From contig JASFHL010000004.1 in NCBI GenBank assembly GCA_050123235.1, positions 40,558 to 104,557 on the forward strand: a stretch of 64,000 nucleotides of DNA. The letters are read 5' to 3'. The position numbers and the translations under genes were made by a program. Under the pieces are notes generated by a model. It did not search any database. It was not told where the DNA came from and saw only the letters and a list, made by a program, of their open reading frames with translations. The DNA comes from Candidatus Woesebacteria bacterium (GTDB lineage: Bacteria > Patescibacteriota > Microgenomatia > UBA1400 > PJMF01). Each line of letters begins with the position of its first letter. Position 1 is the first letter of the stretch. Of the stretch, positions 26,017 to 37,095 are shown piece after piece.

Positions 26017-27312
26017 TTATTCACCCTTCATCTGTTTTAACTCCAGCACCTTTTTTAAACTCCAATTAACTTTTCTTTCAAATTCTTCATTGCTCTCATA
26101 CTCTGCCGCTAGATCATCAATCACTTGATAAATATCATCCGCCTTTACTCCTTTACCAAAGACAAGTACATCATTGCCAGCAAGCATGGCTTCCTTTGCC
26201 ACTTGAGTTAGACTTTTAAGTTCTGCATTAGAACTCTCAGCATTACGGTCAATCCTAGCTGCCAACATATCCAAGGCGTCAGTAAAAATCAACACTTCTG
26301 GCAAAGACGAAGGAAAGGCAGCTAAACAGGTCTTGCTTAAACTACAAACTTGATTATCTAATTTATCCTTTAGCGCTACATGAGCAGTCATCACTCCGAC
26401 ATTAGGATATTTTTCCAAAATTTTTTGAAAAATTTGCGAATCAGCAGGTTCCAAACTAATAACATGAGAAAGATGATGAGGATCCTTAGTAATCTTACCA
26501 ATTCCTGGAAAATGTTTCACTACTGGCAAAATACCTGCTTGCGCAAAAGCTAAAATATATTGTTCAGCTCTTTTGGCTGTTATTTCCGCATCAGCACAAA
26601 CTCTATTTTTTAAGACATTATTATTTTTACCAAAATCCAAAACTGGAGCAAAAACCACATTGATACCCGCTGTTGAAAGCTCAACAGCTGATTTTTTGAA
26701 AAGTTCATTAACTGCTTCATCTTCCTGCTGGCAAACAGCTTGCCAACTAGGCAAAACAGTAAAATCCTCACCTGTTAAACGCTGAACAGCACCACCTTCG
26801 TGATCAACTGCAAAAAGAGGGAATAAAGCCTCTGCTTGATATTGATCCAAAATCACTGAAATTTCTTTTTGGGCTAAAGCAAAATTTATTTCTTGGCCAA
26901 AAATAAGGATGAAGCCAGGATTATTATTTTTAATCCAATCAATAGTAGTTGTGCCAGGAAGATTAGCTGCCTTATCAGAATATTCTTGAATAAGCACTCC
27001 AACGCCCGTGCTATCTTTAGCTTGCTCACTCTCTTCAGTTTTGCTCTCAGCTTCAGCTGAACTTTCAATTTCAGAATCTGATAGAGTCAAAGGAAAGGCG
27101 ATTAATTGACTAATTTTTTCTTTGACGCTCATCTCACCCAGAACTACAGCTACAGGATCTGGCGTAGCAGTAACTGCTGCCGGACTCGCTTCCTGTGCTG
27201 AATCCATTCTACTCAAAAATATATTATGAAAAGGTTTATAAAAATAATTTAAAGCTAGTAAAACAGTGACTACTAATAATAAGAATACAAAAAAAAACGT
27301 TGATTTTTTCAT
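26017..27312 (-). CDS. glycoside hydrolase family 3 (beta-N-acetylhexosaminidase NagZ-like) with N-terminal TM
   Basis: 'LFAVDHEGGAVQRL', 'KHFPGIGKITKDPH' GH3 motifs. Confidence 0.8.
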   Translation of the reverse strand: MKKSTFFFVFLLLVVTVLLALNYFYKPFHNIFLSRMDSAQEASPAAVTATPDPVAVVLGEMSVKEKISQLIAFPLTLSDSEIESSAEAESKTEESEQAKDSTGVGVLIQEYSDKAANLPGTTTIDWIKNNNPGFILIFGQEINFALAQKEISVILDQYQAEALFPLFAVDHEGGAVQRLTGEDFTVLPSWQAVCQQEDEAVNELFKKSAVELSTAGINVVFAPVLDFGKNNNVLKNRVCADAEITAKRAEQYILAFAQAGILPVVKHFPGIGKITKDPHHLSHVISLEPADSQIFQKILEKYPNVGVMTAHVALKDKLDNQVCSLSKTCLAAFPSSLPEVLIFTDALDMLAARIDRNAESSNAELKSLTQVAKEAMLAGNDVLVFGKGVKADDIYQVIDDLAAEYESNEEFERKVNWSLKKVLELKQMKGE

Positions 27313-27368
27313 TTTAGTTTTATAAAAATTGATTCTTTTGTTAAAAAAACTTTGGATCCAAAATTAGT

Positions 27369-27674
27369 TTAGTTTGCAGCTGCAGCTTTCCTCTTTTCTT
27401 CTCTAAGCTGCTTGACCTTCCACATAAACAATTTAGCTTTACTTTTAGCATTAGAATCTTTGACAAAAGATAAAGCTTGCTCCAAAATTGCCCGATCAAT
27501 CTCCTTTGCCATTTTAATATATAAACTCTTATGTTTCATATCATCTAATTCAAGAGCTAAACGATAGCCGAAATCCTGAAATTCTTGGGTGATATAGCCA
27601 CCTTTATCCTGAACTTGATAATTGGTGAATAAAGATTTGGCAGAAGTGAAGCCTTTGTTTTTTACTTTTGTCAT
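27369..27674 (-). CDS. hypothetical protein (101 aa)
   Basis: ORF track. Confidence 0.4.
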   Translation of the reverse strand: MTKVKNKGFTSAKSLFTNYQVQDKGGYITQEFQDFGYRLALELDDMKHKSLYIKMAKEIDRAILEQALSFVKDSNAKSKAKLFMWKVKQLREEKRKAAAAN

Positions 27675-27721
27675 TTAAAACAATTATTGTTGATGCTAGC
27701 ACAATATCCTAATTAACGTTA

Positions 27722-28948
27722 CTATAACTCTTTTTTCTCTTTAATCAATAAGCTGAGCATTACCCCTACACTAGCTATCACAAATAGAGCTTTCCAAGCA
27801 TCAGTAAAAAAGACAAAAACCGCTGCAAAGAGTAACCAAAAAATAATTGCTGCAATAGCTACCACCATTTCTCTATAAACAAAATATGATAAAGGCTCCC
27901 GGCCTTTAGCTCTAATCAACCAAAGTCTATCAAAAAACATCCAATGGAAATTACTAGTCAGTCTTCCCAAACTATCAACTACAGCGATACTCCAAACATT
28001 GGCAATTTGGGTACGCAGAAACCAAAGTAGTGACAAAACTCCCCCTGAAACAAAAAATGGTTTTTTATTTTTGTGCTGATCAATAAAAGAACCAATAAAA
28101 TAGCTTACTATCATGGCAATAAGCAAAGAAATACTATAAAGAAAACCAACTTTATCTACCGCTCCTAAGATCACAAACACGTATAGTGGCCAAATAGCTA
28201 AAACTGAATCATTAATGTAACGACCTGCAAAAGACAAGGATAATCTACGAAAAGTTCTTTCCTTTACCCAAGATAAAAACTCACTTAAATTAATCTCATC
28301 TTTCACCTTTTTGAAATTAATCAACATCGAGAAAATTAAAGAAAATAAAACTATCAATAAACCCATTAAAAATAAAACCGGATAACCAAAGTTTACAATC
28401 ACAAAACCACCAATTGCTGGAGAAATCATAGTTGCTAAACTCAAAAAAAATTGGATTACACCTAGATCTTTACCTAAACGACTCTGCCTAGCGTGTTTAC
28501 TTAAAATAGTATGATATGAATTCCAAAAAAAATTGATCTGAATACCATTTATCAAAGCTGCAAAAAAAATAAGGCAGCAATGTTCGCTGGCAAAAAACAT
28601 TGAAACCAGATACAAAGTATAAAGCAAATTAGCTATCACAAAAGACTTATCTAAACCAAGTTTCATCACGATCTGAGCTATAGGAATCCCTATTATCAAC
28701 GTAGTAAAACGCGTAATAATATAAAAAATCGCGATCATAAGCACTGCTTTTTGCAAATGGCTAAAAGACTGGAAAAAGAAAAAGTTCATTTCCGCACTGA
28801 GCTTAAATAAAAAAAGTGGAATAAAAAATAAAACCAATTTGTTGCTCAAAGCTCGGCTGACTCGAATTGCATAAAGTAAATTTAAGTCTCGACTTTTATC
28901 AAAAGTTAAATGTGGTAGGTGAAAGTGGTGAGATCCTATCCTAGGCAT
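27722..28948 (-). CDS. polytopic membrane transporter (MFS-like, ~12 TM)
   Basis: ORF track; hydrophobicity pattern. Confidence 0.5.
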   Translation of the reverse strand: MPRIGSHHFHLPHLTFDKSRDLNLLYAIRVSRALSNKLVLFFIPLFLFKLSAEMNFFFFQSFSHLQKAVLMIAIFYIITRFTTLIIGIPIAQIVMKLGLDKSFVIANLLYTLYLVSMFFASEHCCLIFFAALINGIQINFFWNSYHTILSKHARQSRLGKDLGVIQFFLSLATMISPAIGGFVIVNFGYPVLFLMGLLIVLFSLIFSMLINFKKVKDEINLSEFLSWVKERTFRRLSLSFAGRYINDSVLAIWPLYVFVILGAVDKVGFLYSISLLIAMIVSYFIGSFIDQHKNKKPFFVSGGVLSLLWFLRTQIANVWSIAVVDSLGRLTSNFHWMFFDRLWLIRAKGREPLSYFVYREMVVAIAAIIFWLLFAAVFVFFTDAWKALFVIASVGVMLSLLIKEKKEL

Positions 28949-28991
28949 TTTTTTAAGTTTAGCATTTTTTAGATAAGGAGAGTAGCTACAG

Positions 28992-29585
28992 CTAAGTGCT
29001 CAATAATTCCTCAGCTATCTCTTTTATCAGCATATCTAAACTTTTCCTTTCTTCCTCCTTAAAATCAGTCAGAACATAGCTGCTACCAGTCATACTGCGG
29101 TCGCCAGCCCTATTATCTACACCCACCCTAACATGCCAAAACTGCTCTGTTTTAAGATGCTGGTAAATAGATAAAAGTCCATTATGGATTCTTGGCCCTT
29201 TGCCAAATTGAATTTTATAGCGACCAGTCTCTAAATCAAGGTCATCGTGAATCACAAAAAGATTTGAATAAACTTTAGCTACTTTGTTATAAATTTGCCT
29301 TTGATTATCCTGACTTAACTTCTTTCTATCTTCAAGGGAATCACCTGCCTTAATATCAAAATATTTAAGCACTGCCTGTACTGCTTTACCTGATTCGTTC
29401 ATAAAGGTCTGAGGTTTGACTAAAAAGAAATCTTCACTTTTGCTAATTTCTGAGTGAATTTTTTTAAAACTTTGAAAATTTAGTCCCAAGCATCCAGCTA
29501 AATAATCTACTAACATAAAACCAATATTATGTCTGTTATTTTGATACTTCTGGCCAGGATTACCAAGACCGATGATTACTTTCAT
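28992..29585 (-). CDS. pth: peptidyl-tRNA hydrolase
   Basis: 'IIGLGNPGQKYQNNRHNIGF' Pth signature. Confidence 0.9.
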   Translation of the reverse strand: MKVIIGLGNPGQKYQNNRHNIGFMLVDYLAGCLGLNFQSFKKIHSEISKSEDFFLVKPQTFMNESGKAVQAVLKYFDIKAGDSLEDRKKLSQDNQRQIYNKVAKVYSNLFVIHDDLDLETGRYKIQFGKGPRIHNGLLSIYQHLKTEQFWHVRVGVDNRAGDRSMTGSSYVLTDFKEEERKSLDMLIKEIAEELLST

Positions 29586-29631
29586 ATTTACATTATAACC
29601 TTAAAAAAAATTTAAAGTTATAATAACAAGC

Positions 29632-30375
29632 ATGACAAAAAAACCTTTCTTTTCTATCATTATTCCTACCCTCAATGAGGAAAGATATCTCCCTAGATTG
29701 TTAAAAAATCTAGCTGAACAAACTTTTAAAAACTTTGAAGTGATTCATGTTGATGGTAACTCTGATGATCAAACAGTTAGCAAAGCAAAAGCATTTGCCA
29801 AAAAACTTTCAATCAAAACATTTGTTGTTAAAAAAAGAAGTGTCAGTTTTCAAAGAAACACTGGTGCCAAAAAAGCAAAAGCTAAATGGATTATTTTCAT
29901 GGATGCAGACATTGAATTACCAGCATCTTTTCTTGAAAAGATTGAAAAAAAACTTACTAAACTTAAAAAAAAGGTAGATTTCTTTACCTGTTATCAAGAA
30001 AGTAAAAACTATCCACTAAAATTTAAATTATTAGCGCACAGCAGTAATCTCATCAGCACAATCATGAAAAAATTTAGATCTTTAGCTCCAGGAGCATTAC
30101 TTGGTATTAGAAAAATTTATACAACTAAAATTTCTTTTAATCAAAAATTTGACGGCTATGAAGATTACGATTATTGTAATCAGGCTAGCAAAAAAGGATA
30201 TCAGTTCCAACTTTTTAAAAATCCAAAATTTACTTACTCAATGAGAAGAGTAAAAAAAGAAGGATTAATTAAAATTTTGTTTGAACAATTTAAGCTCAAT
30301 CTAGAATTAACTAGAAAAAAACAATTAGTTAATAAGTCAAAACGTAAAATGTTGGGTGGGGCTTCTTATAATTAA
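29632..30375 (+). CDS. glycosyltransferase family 2
   Basis: 'FSIIIPTLNEERYL', 'FMDADIE' GT-A motifs. Confidence 0.7.
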   Translation: MTKKPFFSIIIPTLNEERYLPRLLKNLAEQTFKNFEVIHVDGNSDDQTVSKAKAFAKKLSIKTFVVKKRSVSFQRNTGAKKAKAKWIIFMDADIELPASFLEKIEKKLTKLKKKVDFFTCYQESKNYPLKFKLLAHSSNLISTIMKKFRSLAPGALLGIRKIYTTKISFNQKFDGYEDYDYCNQASKKGYQFQLFKNPKFTYSMRRVKKEGLIKILFEQFKLNLELTRKKQLVNKSKRKMLGGASYN

Positions 30376-30401
30376 AGCTAATATAAAATAACTTGACTAA
30401 A

Positions 30402-31367
30402 CTATTTTTTAATTGTTTTTTCTAGTAAAAGCTTTCTTAATTCCTCTACATTCATCTTTTTTATCTTGTCTTTTAAAGCTTTGGTGGATAAAAGTTGTTT
30501 CAGTTTCACCAACAATTCATAATCATCAGCTAATAAAGATTTAGGATTTTTAACTCCTTTGACTAAATCAATTAAAGGGAAAATGTTCATCAGACGATTG
30601 ATAAACTTATAATCCTCTAGAGAAAGAGTTTTTTGGCGAGCAATTTCTCTTAAAATTTCAGCATATTCATTCAAATATTCTTTGATACCCCATAAATAAC
30701 CACCTTTGGCTGTCTTTAAAAGAGTGTCCAGACCTTTGAGGGAAATCCTGACTGTTTTTTTATCTTTAAGTGCATCATTGAGTAGCAACTCCACGCCAAA
30801 GCGACTTTTTGCCATTGCTCTAAGATAAGGCAAAAGATCTTTTTTATAATAAACCCTTTCTCCGGTAAAAGATGACCAACCGTGTTTCAGATAATTGTGA
30901 CAACCCAAAACAATATCTGCTTTTTTTTGCAGAATTGGACTTAATAGTTTTTCAATATGCTCATCAGTGAGATGAAGTAAATCAGCATCCATGAAAAGAA
31001 TAATCTCTCCTCTAGCTTTTTTAATCCCCTTAGCCATAGCATTACCTTTACCTTTATTTTTTTTAAGATTGATTAAAGTAATGTTTTTACCCAGTTGCTT
31101 GAGCTCAGCTAAACTAGCATCAGTAGAAGCATCGTTGATACAAATTACCTCTGTAATTAGAGGGTTATTGAATAGAGTTTCAGCCACTATCTTGACTGTT
31201 TTCTCTTCGTTGTAAACAGGAACAATAGCTGAGATCAAAAGGCGTTTGGAGCTAGAATCTTTTTTGTGAATCATCTTTCTTATTATAACCTCAATCATTA
31301 AGGTTATAATACACATATGAATTTTATTAAAAGCTTTGACGATAAAAAAATCGTTTACACTTGGCAA
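30402..31367 (-). CDS. glycosyltransferase family 2 (polyprenol-phosphate glycosyltransferase-like)
   Basis: 'ISAIVPVYNEEKTV', 'INDASTDAS', 'FMDADLLHL'; true start may be an internal Met. Confidence 0.75.
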   Translation of the reverse strand: MPSVNDFFIVKAFNKIHMCIITLMIEVIIRKMIHKKDSSSKRLLISAIVPVYNEEKTVKIVAETLFNNPLITEVICINDASTDASLAELKQLGKNITLINLKKNKGKGNAMAKGIKKARGEIILFMDADLLHLTDEHIEKLLSPILQKKADIVLGCHNYLKHGWSSFTGERVYYKKDLLPYLRAMAKSRFGVELLLNDALKDKKTVRISLKGLDTLLKTAKGGYLWGIKEYLNEYAEILREIARQKTLSLEDYKFINRLMNIFPLIDLVKGVKNPKSLLADDYELLVKLKQLLSTKALKDKIKKMNVEELRKLLLEKTIKK

Positions 31368-32141
31368 AGTAAAGACACCAACTCAAAAAATCAAAAAACC
31401 TTGGTTTTTATTCATGGTTTGGGTGGTAGTCCTAATGCGCTTATTCCGCTAATTAAAAAGGTCAGTGCTTTATTACCTAATTATCAAATAATTTTTTATG
31501 AATTAAGAGGACACGGCCGATCAAGCAAGACTTTTCCAAAAGATGCAAAGGATTTTGTTAGTACCCATGCCAGAGACCTGCAGCAATTATGTTTGAATCT
31601 AAAGCTAAATTCACCAATCTTCCTTGGTCACAGTCTGGGAGGTCTGGTTATTCAAGAATACTTAAATCAGCAACTTAATCCTTTGCCACAAAAAAAAGTC
31701 TTGATTTGCACAATGACTAAAACACCAAACTTATCAATTTCCAATAAATTCTGGTTCTCTTTACTCAAAAAACTACCTCAGCTGCAAAAAGAAATCACCA
31801 GCAGGCCAGTAGATTTTTATTTACAATTCCAAAATGGCCATGACATAAATCTAAAAAGACTATATGCTGATACAAAAGTGGTAGGAGGTCTTAAAAGGTG
31901 GCTGATTTTACTTGCCTCTTTATTTGGCTATGAAAATAGCAATTTAGAGAACCTTGACCAAGAAGATACACTTTTTATCATAGGCAAAAAAGACTGGTTC
32001 GTAGATGAACGAGGAGAACTAAAAAGATTAAAAAAATTAGAAAAGATCAATTTAGAATTTATCAACTCCAATCATATTAGTCCGCTCACCAATACAGAAA
32101 ATCTAGCTCAAGTAATAAACAATTTTATTATTAAAAATTAA
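31317..32141 (+). CDS. alpha/beta hydrolase
   Basis: 'LVFIHGLGGS' and nucleophile elbow 'GHSLGG'. Confidence 0.7.
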   Translation: MNFIKSFDDKKIVYTWQSKDTNSKNQKTLVFIHGLGGSPNALIPLIKKVSALLPNYQIIFYELRGHGRSSKTFPKDAKDFVSTHARDLQQLCLNLKLNSPIFLGHSLGGLVIQEYLNQQLNPLPQKKVLICTMTKTPNLSISNKFWFSLLKKLPQLQKEITSRPVDFYLQFQNGHDINLKRLYADTKVVGGLKRWLILLASLFGYENSNLENLDQEDTLFIIGKKDWFVDERGELKRLKKLEKINLEFINSNHISPLTNTENLAQVINNFIIKN

Positions 32142-32173
32142 TTAAATTTATCACAAAATTCCGCAGTAAGGTC

Positions 32174-33406
32174 TTGCCTTTAGGTAAAACCAGTCTCAAA
32201 ATCATGAAAAAGAAAATCCTTATCTTCTCTACTGTTCAAGGGCATGCCAGCATTGCTGAAGCTATTAGTGAATACCTAAATAAAAAAAACTTTGCTTGTC
32301 AAATTTATAGTTATCGGGAAAAATTTATAAGTTTTTATTGTCTTATTTATCAGTATAATCCCAGCATATTTGTTCATTTTTATCAATTGGGTGATAAAAA
32401 AAAATTTAACAAAATTTTTCGCCAATTGACAATTAAAAGATATAAGAGAATTTTATTAAAATCAATTCTAGAAACAAAACCAGACCTGATCATCAGCACC
32501 TATTTTGTTTTTAATCCAGCTCTCGAAAAAATTGCCAAAGAATTAAAAATTCCTTTTATTAATATCGTCTGTAATCCTTGGACTATTTCTCCTCTGGAAA
32601 TATCAAAACCTGCTCTAGTGAACTGCATTTTTGACAAGAATTCTCAAGAAGAAATTAAAAAAAGAGCCTTTCCAAGCAAAAACGATCAAAACCAAGCCAA
32701 GTTGCAAATAACAGGCTGGTTTGTGCGTAAACAATATCAAGAAAAATATAATGAAAAACAAGTAAAAAAATCACTAGGGCTCGATCCTGATCAACTCATT
32801 TTTCTTTTTGTCACTGGTTATGAAGGCACTAATGTTATTCTGGAGAATCTTAAAAACCTAATCAATGAAGATAGTGAGCAAGTTAAAAATAAAGCTGTAC
32901 AAATCCTTGTGGCTTGTGGCAAAAATAAAAAATTACTAAAAAAAGTGAAGGCACTAGTTAAACAAAAATTTCAAAAAGCAAAATTGGCTGATCAAGAAAA
33001 AAACAAAACTTCCAAGGGATCATATCTTATTCAAGAACATTTTCACTTAATCCCCATTGGCTTTACTGACAAACTTTATCAATACATGCAAGCTGCTGAT
33101 TTGGTGATTGGTAAAGCTGGCCCCAACACTTTATTTGAATCAGTGGCAACCCTTACTCCATTTTTTGCTACTACCCATATCGCTGGTCAAGAAACTGGTA
33201 ATTTGGATTTAATTAGAAAACATAACTTAGGCTTTGTGGAAGAAAATCCTGAACAGGCCCAAAAAAAACTTCTGGAAATTATTGATCAACCAGAAATGCT
33301 AAATAAATTTAAGCCTCATTTGAAAAAAATGGCGGAGTATAACTGCGAGGCAAAAAAAAAGTTGATGGAACTGATTGGGAGCTTAGAAGTGGAAAATAAT
33401 ATCTGA
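32174..33406 (+). CDS. GT28-family glycosyltransferase (MGDG synthase / UgtP / MurG-like)
   Basis: C-terminal 'GKAGPNTLFES...IAGQETGN' motif typical of GT28 diacylglycerol glycosyltransferases. Confidence 0.6.
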   Translation: MPLGKTSLKIMKKKILIFSTVQGHASIAEAISEYLNKKNFACQIYSYREKFISFYCLIYQYNPSIFVHFYQLGDKKKFNKIFRQLTIKRYKRILLKSILETKPDLIISTYFVFNPALEKIAKELKIPFINIVCNPWTISPLEISKPALVNCIFDKNSQEEIKKRAFPSKNDQNQAKLQITGWFVRKQYQEKYNEKQVKKSLGLDPDQLIFLFVTGYEGTNVILENLKNLINEDSEQVKNKAVQILVACGKNKKLLKKVKALVKQKFQKAKLADQEKNKTSKGSYLIQEHFHLIPIGFTDKLYQYMQAADLVIGKAGPNTLFESVATLTPFFATTHIAGQETGNLDLIRKHNLGFVEENPEQAQKKLLEIIDQPEMLNKFKPHLKKMAEYNCEAKKKLMELIGSLEVENNI

Positions 33407-33434
33407 TGAGCAATCAACTATATTGAACCAACCT

Positions 33435-35339
33435 CTACCCTCTAATCCTCTCAATCTCCTCCGCCGTAGTCACATCTTCCCAACCTTTATCTTTTCTAAA
33501 CTTCACCAATCTTGGAAAACGCAAAGCCACGCCCGCACTGTGAGCTGGAGATTTAGTAATAGCGTCAGCTGCTATTTCCACTACAATTTTGGGAGCGACC
33601 CAGACATCAGGTTTTAAATTCTTATTTACCTGATATGCTGCTGGTTTTTTTCCCACTTTAGCTTCATCGCAACGTTTTTTCATTTGTCGCAATTGCTCAT
33701 CAGTGAGCCCAGTGCCTATTTTAGCAATGGTAGTAATTTTTTCCTCTTTATCCAAAATCCCAGCCAAAAAAGCACCCATTCCAAAACTAGCTCTTTTACC
33801 ACGACCACGATAATAACCCATCACTAGTAAATCAAGCGTATCTCGCAATTGACCGTGCTTACCTTCTTCTTCTTTAATTTTGACCCAACGCCAACCCTTT
33901 CGCCCACTACGATAAACACTGTCGATGCGCTTGATTACTGCCCCTTCTAATCCTAAAGCCAATTGCTCTTCATGAAATTTTCTAAGTTTTTCTGCATCAG
34001 TAGTTTTTAAAAATGGAGTTTGTTGTAAAACTTGATTATTTTTAAAAAGTTTTTTAAGTATTTTTTTTCTTGATAACAAATCTTTGTTCAATAAGGATTT
34101 ATCATCAACTGCCAAAACATCAAATACATAAAAACGAATTGGTAATGTTTCAGCCTTCTTACCTACATGATGCTTACGTTTACGAGTGATAGTTTCTTGA
34201 AAAGATAAAATCTTAGCTGTTTTTTTATCTATCCCTACTGCCTCAGCATCTAAAATACAGGACGAACAATTAATTTTATCCAAAATCCTGCTTAACTCCG
34301 GAAACATGTGTGAAGCATTATCCAAGTTGCGAGTAAAAACTGCCACAGACAAAGACTTAGATTGCGTGGATTTTTTTTGATCTGACTCTAATGCTGCTGC
34401 AGCTAAATTTCTCTTTTTATTAATATGGATTTGCACTCGCAAGCCATCATATTTTGGTTCAGCCAGGACTTCATGCATTTTTTCAATGATCTCAGCTGCA
34501 GAATTTAAACGCTGACAAAGTGCTGGCATCACTGGCACACCCACTTCAATTGCATAACTAGCCAAAAATTTTTCAATTTCTTTTTGAGTAGCCTTTTTGC
34601 CTAACTGAACTAAAAGATAGCCTTTAGCTAATTTACCAATATCAGCTTTTTTTTGATAAGCTTCATCTAAAACTTGATTATCAGATTTATTGCCATGTTT
34701 AGCCCATGATAAAGCATCAATCATAGTCATGGTGGAAAAACCTAAACGCAATTTGCCAATAATAATTCTAATCACAAATTTGGCGGAAATTGCATCAAGC
34801 TTAGCTAAAAGTTCCACAGTGCCTTTAATTTTTCGTTCCTGTGAGCCTGTACCAGCTTCTTTGGCAATTAAAAGCAGCTCTTGGTAAACTTGATTTAAAG
34901 AAGTCTTAGCTTTTAAAGATAATTTTGCTGATTCCACAATTTTCTCACCCACCAAACCTAAATCCCCCATTTTCTTATATTGCTTCCAGACTTTTGTTTC
35001 ATAAAAACTAAAGTCTGATTCATTAAAAAGATTAACAGTATTAGCTGAAGCAGGAGAAGCTTGTGAACGATGTTTAGCTGAATCTTTTTTGAGTCTTGCC
35101 TCTAATCTGGCTAAAACTCTAATCAACATTTTTACAGATAAATTAAATTCTAAAGACTCATACTTAGGGACTAATTTCCCTTGCATTAAATAACAAGCTG
35201 CTTCTATTTCTGACTGTTCAAGTTTCTTAAATAAGTCTGCCAATTGTACTGTCATGGTGAGGCGAGAAGAGGTTTTTTCTAGTTTTTGTAGGTAAGAGGC
35301 GAATTCTTTAAAAGTCATAGTTTCAGATATAAAGCTCAA
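33435..35339 (-). CDS. ATP-dependent DNA ligase
   Basis: Adenylation motif I 'KYDGLRVQIH', OB-fold region; size 634 aa. Confidence 0.85.
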   Translation of the reverse strand: MSFISETMTFKEFASYLQKLEKTSSRLTMTVQLADLFKKLEQSEIEAACYLMQGKLVPKYESLEFNLSVKMLIRVLARLEARLKKDSAKHRSQASPASANTVNLFNESDFSFYETKVWKQYKKMGDLGLVGEKIVESAKLSLKAKTSLNQVYQELLLIAKEAGTGSQERKIKGTVELLAKLDAISAKFVIRIIIGKLRLGFSTMTMIDALSWAKHGNKSDNQVLDEAYQKKADIGKLAKGYLLVQLGKKATQKEIEKFLASYAIEVGVPVMPALCQRLNSAAEIIEKMHEVLAEPKYDGLRVQIHINKKRNLAAAALESDQKKSTQSKSLSVAVFTRNLDNASHMFPELSRILDKINCSSCILDAEAVGIDKKTAKILSFQETITRKRKHHVGKKAETLPIRFYVFDVLAVDDKSLLNKDLLSRKKILKKLFKNNQVLQQTPFLKTTDAEKLRKFHEEQLALGLEGAVIKRIDSVYRSGRKGWRWVKIKEEEGKHGQLRDTLDLLVMGYYRGRGKRASFGMGAFLAGILDKEEKITTIAKIGTGLTDEQLRQMKKRCDEAKVGKKPAAYQVNKNLKPDVWVAPKIVVEIAADAITKSPAHSAGVALRFPRLVKFRKDKGWEDVTTAEEIERIRG

Positions 35340-35404
35340 TTACAAAATAAATCTTGAGATAATTGTAATATATTTTAGCATTTAATACTTTAGACAGTAT
35401 TTTA

Positions 35405-35803
35405 TTAGAATAATTTGGATAACCATATTATGTGGTATTTTTTTGGAATTCGGTGATTAGATAAAGTTCTAGCTATTTGCTGAGCTGACTGAATAGGCAC
35501 GAATATAACTGAGGGTAAGCCAATTCTAAGCTTAGGATCAACGAATTGTAAATAGCTATGATCTAATAAATAAAATTGTCGACTGTTAGGAACTCTAAGT
35601 TTCATAAATTCGTGGCGAATTGACCCTAGAGCATAGCCAATTCTTTCAACTCTAATACCTGCTCGTTCCAAAATCTCAGCTAATTCTGGACCAATCATAA
35701 AACACATTCTGTCTAATGAATGAAGATTTTCTAGATTTAATTTTTTGGCGACATTTTTTCTAGATTGGTTTGTTGCTTGAGAAATAATCTTCTTATACTC
35801 CAT
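35405..35803 (-). CDS. hypothetical protein (132 aa)
   Basis: ORF track. Confidence 0.4.
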   Translation of the reverse strand: MEYKKIISQATNQSRKNVAKKLNLENLHSLDRMCFMIGPELAEILERAGIRVERIGYALGSIRHEFMKLRVPNSRQFYLLDHSYLQFVDPKLRIGLPSVIFVPIQSAQQIARTLSNHRIPKKYHIIWLSKLF

Positions 35804-35933
35804 AACTTAATTTTACTTGATTAACAGCCTCTTAGTTAAAGCAAAAATCATTAAAACAAACATTAATCACTAGACAAATCAATTATAATTAAAGTTAATA
35901 TCTAAAATATATCAAACTATTTCAAAAAAATAT

Positions 35934-37076
35934 ATGCCAAGCGCAAGAATAGAGCAACTAAGAAAGAGATTTAGCCCACTTGAGATAAGAAGGCGAAGAC
36001 ATGAACACGCTGAAGCTGCAGCTCAAGAAGAAGAAAGAGACTGGCAGTCTAAAAAAGCGCAGGCAGAATCTGCTTTATCAGATCTAGAGCGAGAAAAAAG
36101 GGGAATTACGCAAAAAATCCAAGCATTAGAAACAAGAAGAGACTTAATCAATTCAGATGAATATGAATTACAATCTCTTCACTTAAAATGCGAAAGATTA
36201 CAAAATTCTCTAGAAGAGAGACGTCGAAAACAAAATGTTGAAAAAGCAAAGATTAGACTTGGTGAGGAAGTCAGGCCCGATGAAAAATACTCTCCATATT
36301 ATTTAGAACAAGAAATAGCGAAGAAAAAAGTAGAATTAAGAGAATCAGTAGCAAGCTTAAAAGCAAGGAATGAAGAGATTGAGGATCTTAAAACTTTGTT
36401 GATGGCAGCTACAGAAGCAGATGAATTCGATAAAAGAATACAAGCCATAGCTGAACAAATAGAAATACTTAATGCAGCAAGACCATGGCTTAAAAAACTT
36501 TTAGGAACAGTGACTGAAGAGCAGGTTCAACTTTTAGCTAAGCTTGAAAAACTGAGAACGGCTCAAGTCAATGTGTCAACAATGGCAGCAGATCAAAGAG
36601 TAACACTCATCAATCAATGGCAAAAAACATTATTGAAAGCGAAAAAAGAAGCATTGGAAAATAAATGTGGAATTATAGATCTTCAAGCTGATCTTACTTT
36701 TCTAAAAAACTGTCCAGAAACTAATCTCCTACCAGACGATCTTGATAAAATAACTAAGCGCTGGCTCAAAAGATTAAGTAGAGAAGTTGCAGAGCTGGGA
36801 CTAAGTATTGCTGCTCCTGATGCTTTGTTTTCTCTACTAGCAATCATAGCTCAAGCAATTATTCTAAGCCAACAAGGCTATGATTATCTAAAACTACCTC
36901 CTCAAATATATCGAGAAGCTATTAATCATCTTACGCTGGTACTTGCATCTAATACTATCTTAGGAGCTACTCTTATCTATGGCTCAATAAGAATAAGTTC
37001 TAAACTTGAAACTTGGCCTTCTGATGTCTATTTAGGTCCTCTAAAAAGAAGAATGAAATCTCATCGCTCACGTTAA
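35934..37076 (+). CDS. coiled-coil protein with C-terminal TM helices, hypothetical; locally elevated GC
   Basis: ORF track; long heptad-like charged region. Confidence 0.5.
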   Translation: MPSARIEQLRKRFSPLEIRRRRHEHAEAAAQEEERDWQSKKAQAESALSDLEREKRGITQKIQALETRRDLINSDEYELQSLHLKCERLQNSLEERRRKQNVEKAKIRLGEEVRPDEKYSPYYLEQEIAKKKVELRESVASLKARNEEIEDLKTLLMAATEADEFDKRIQAIAEQIEILNAARPWLKKLLGTVTEEQVQLLAKLEKLRTAQVNVSTMAADQRVTLINQWQKTLLKAKKEALENKCGIIDLQADLTFLKNCPETNLLPDDLDKITKRWLKRLSREVAELGLSIAAPDALFSLLAIIAQAIILSQQGYDYLKLPPQIYREAINHLTLVLASNTILGATLIYGSIRISSKLETWPSDVYLGPLKRRMKSHRSR

Positions 37077-37095
37077 ATCTTAAGGTGTTGTTTAG

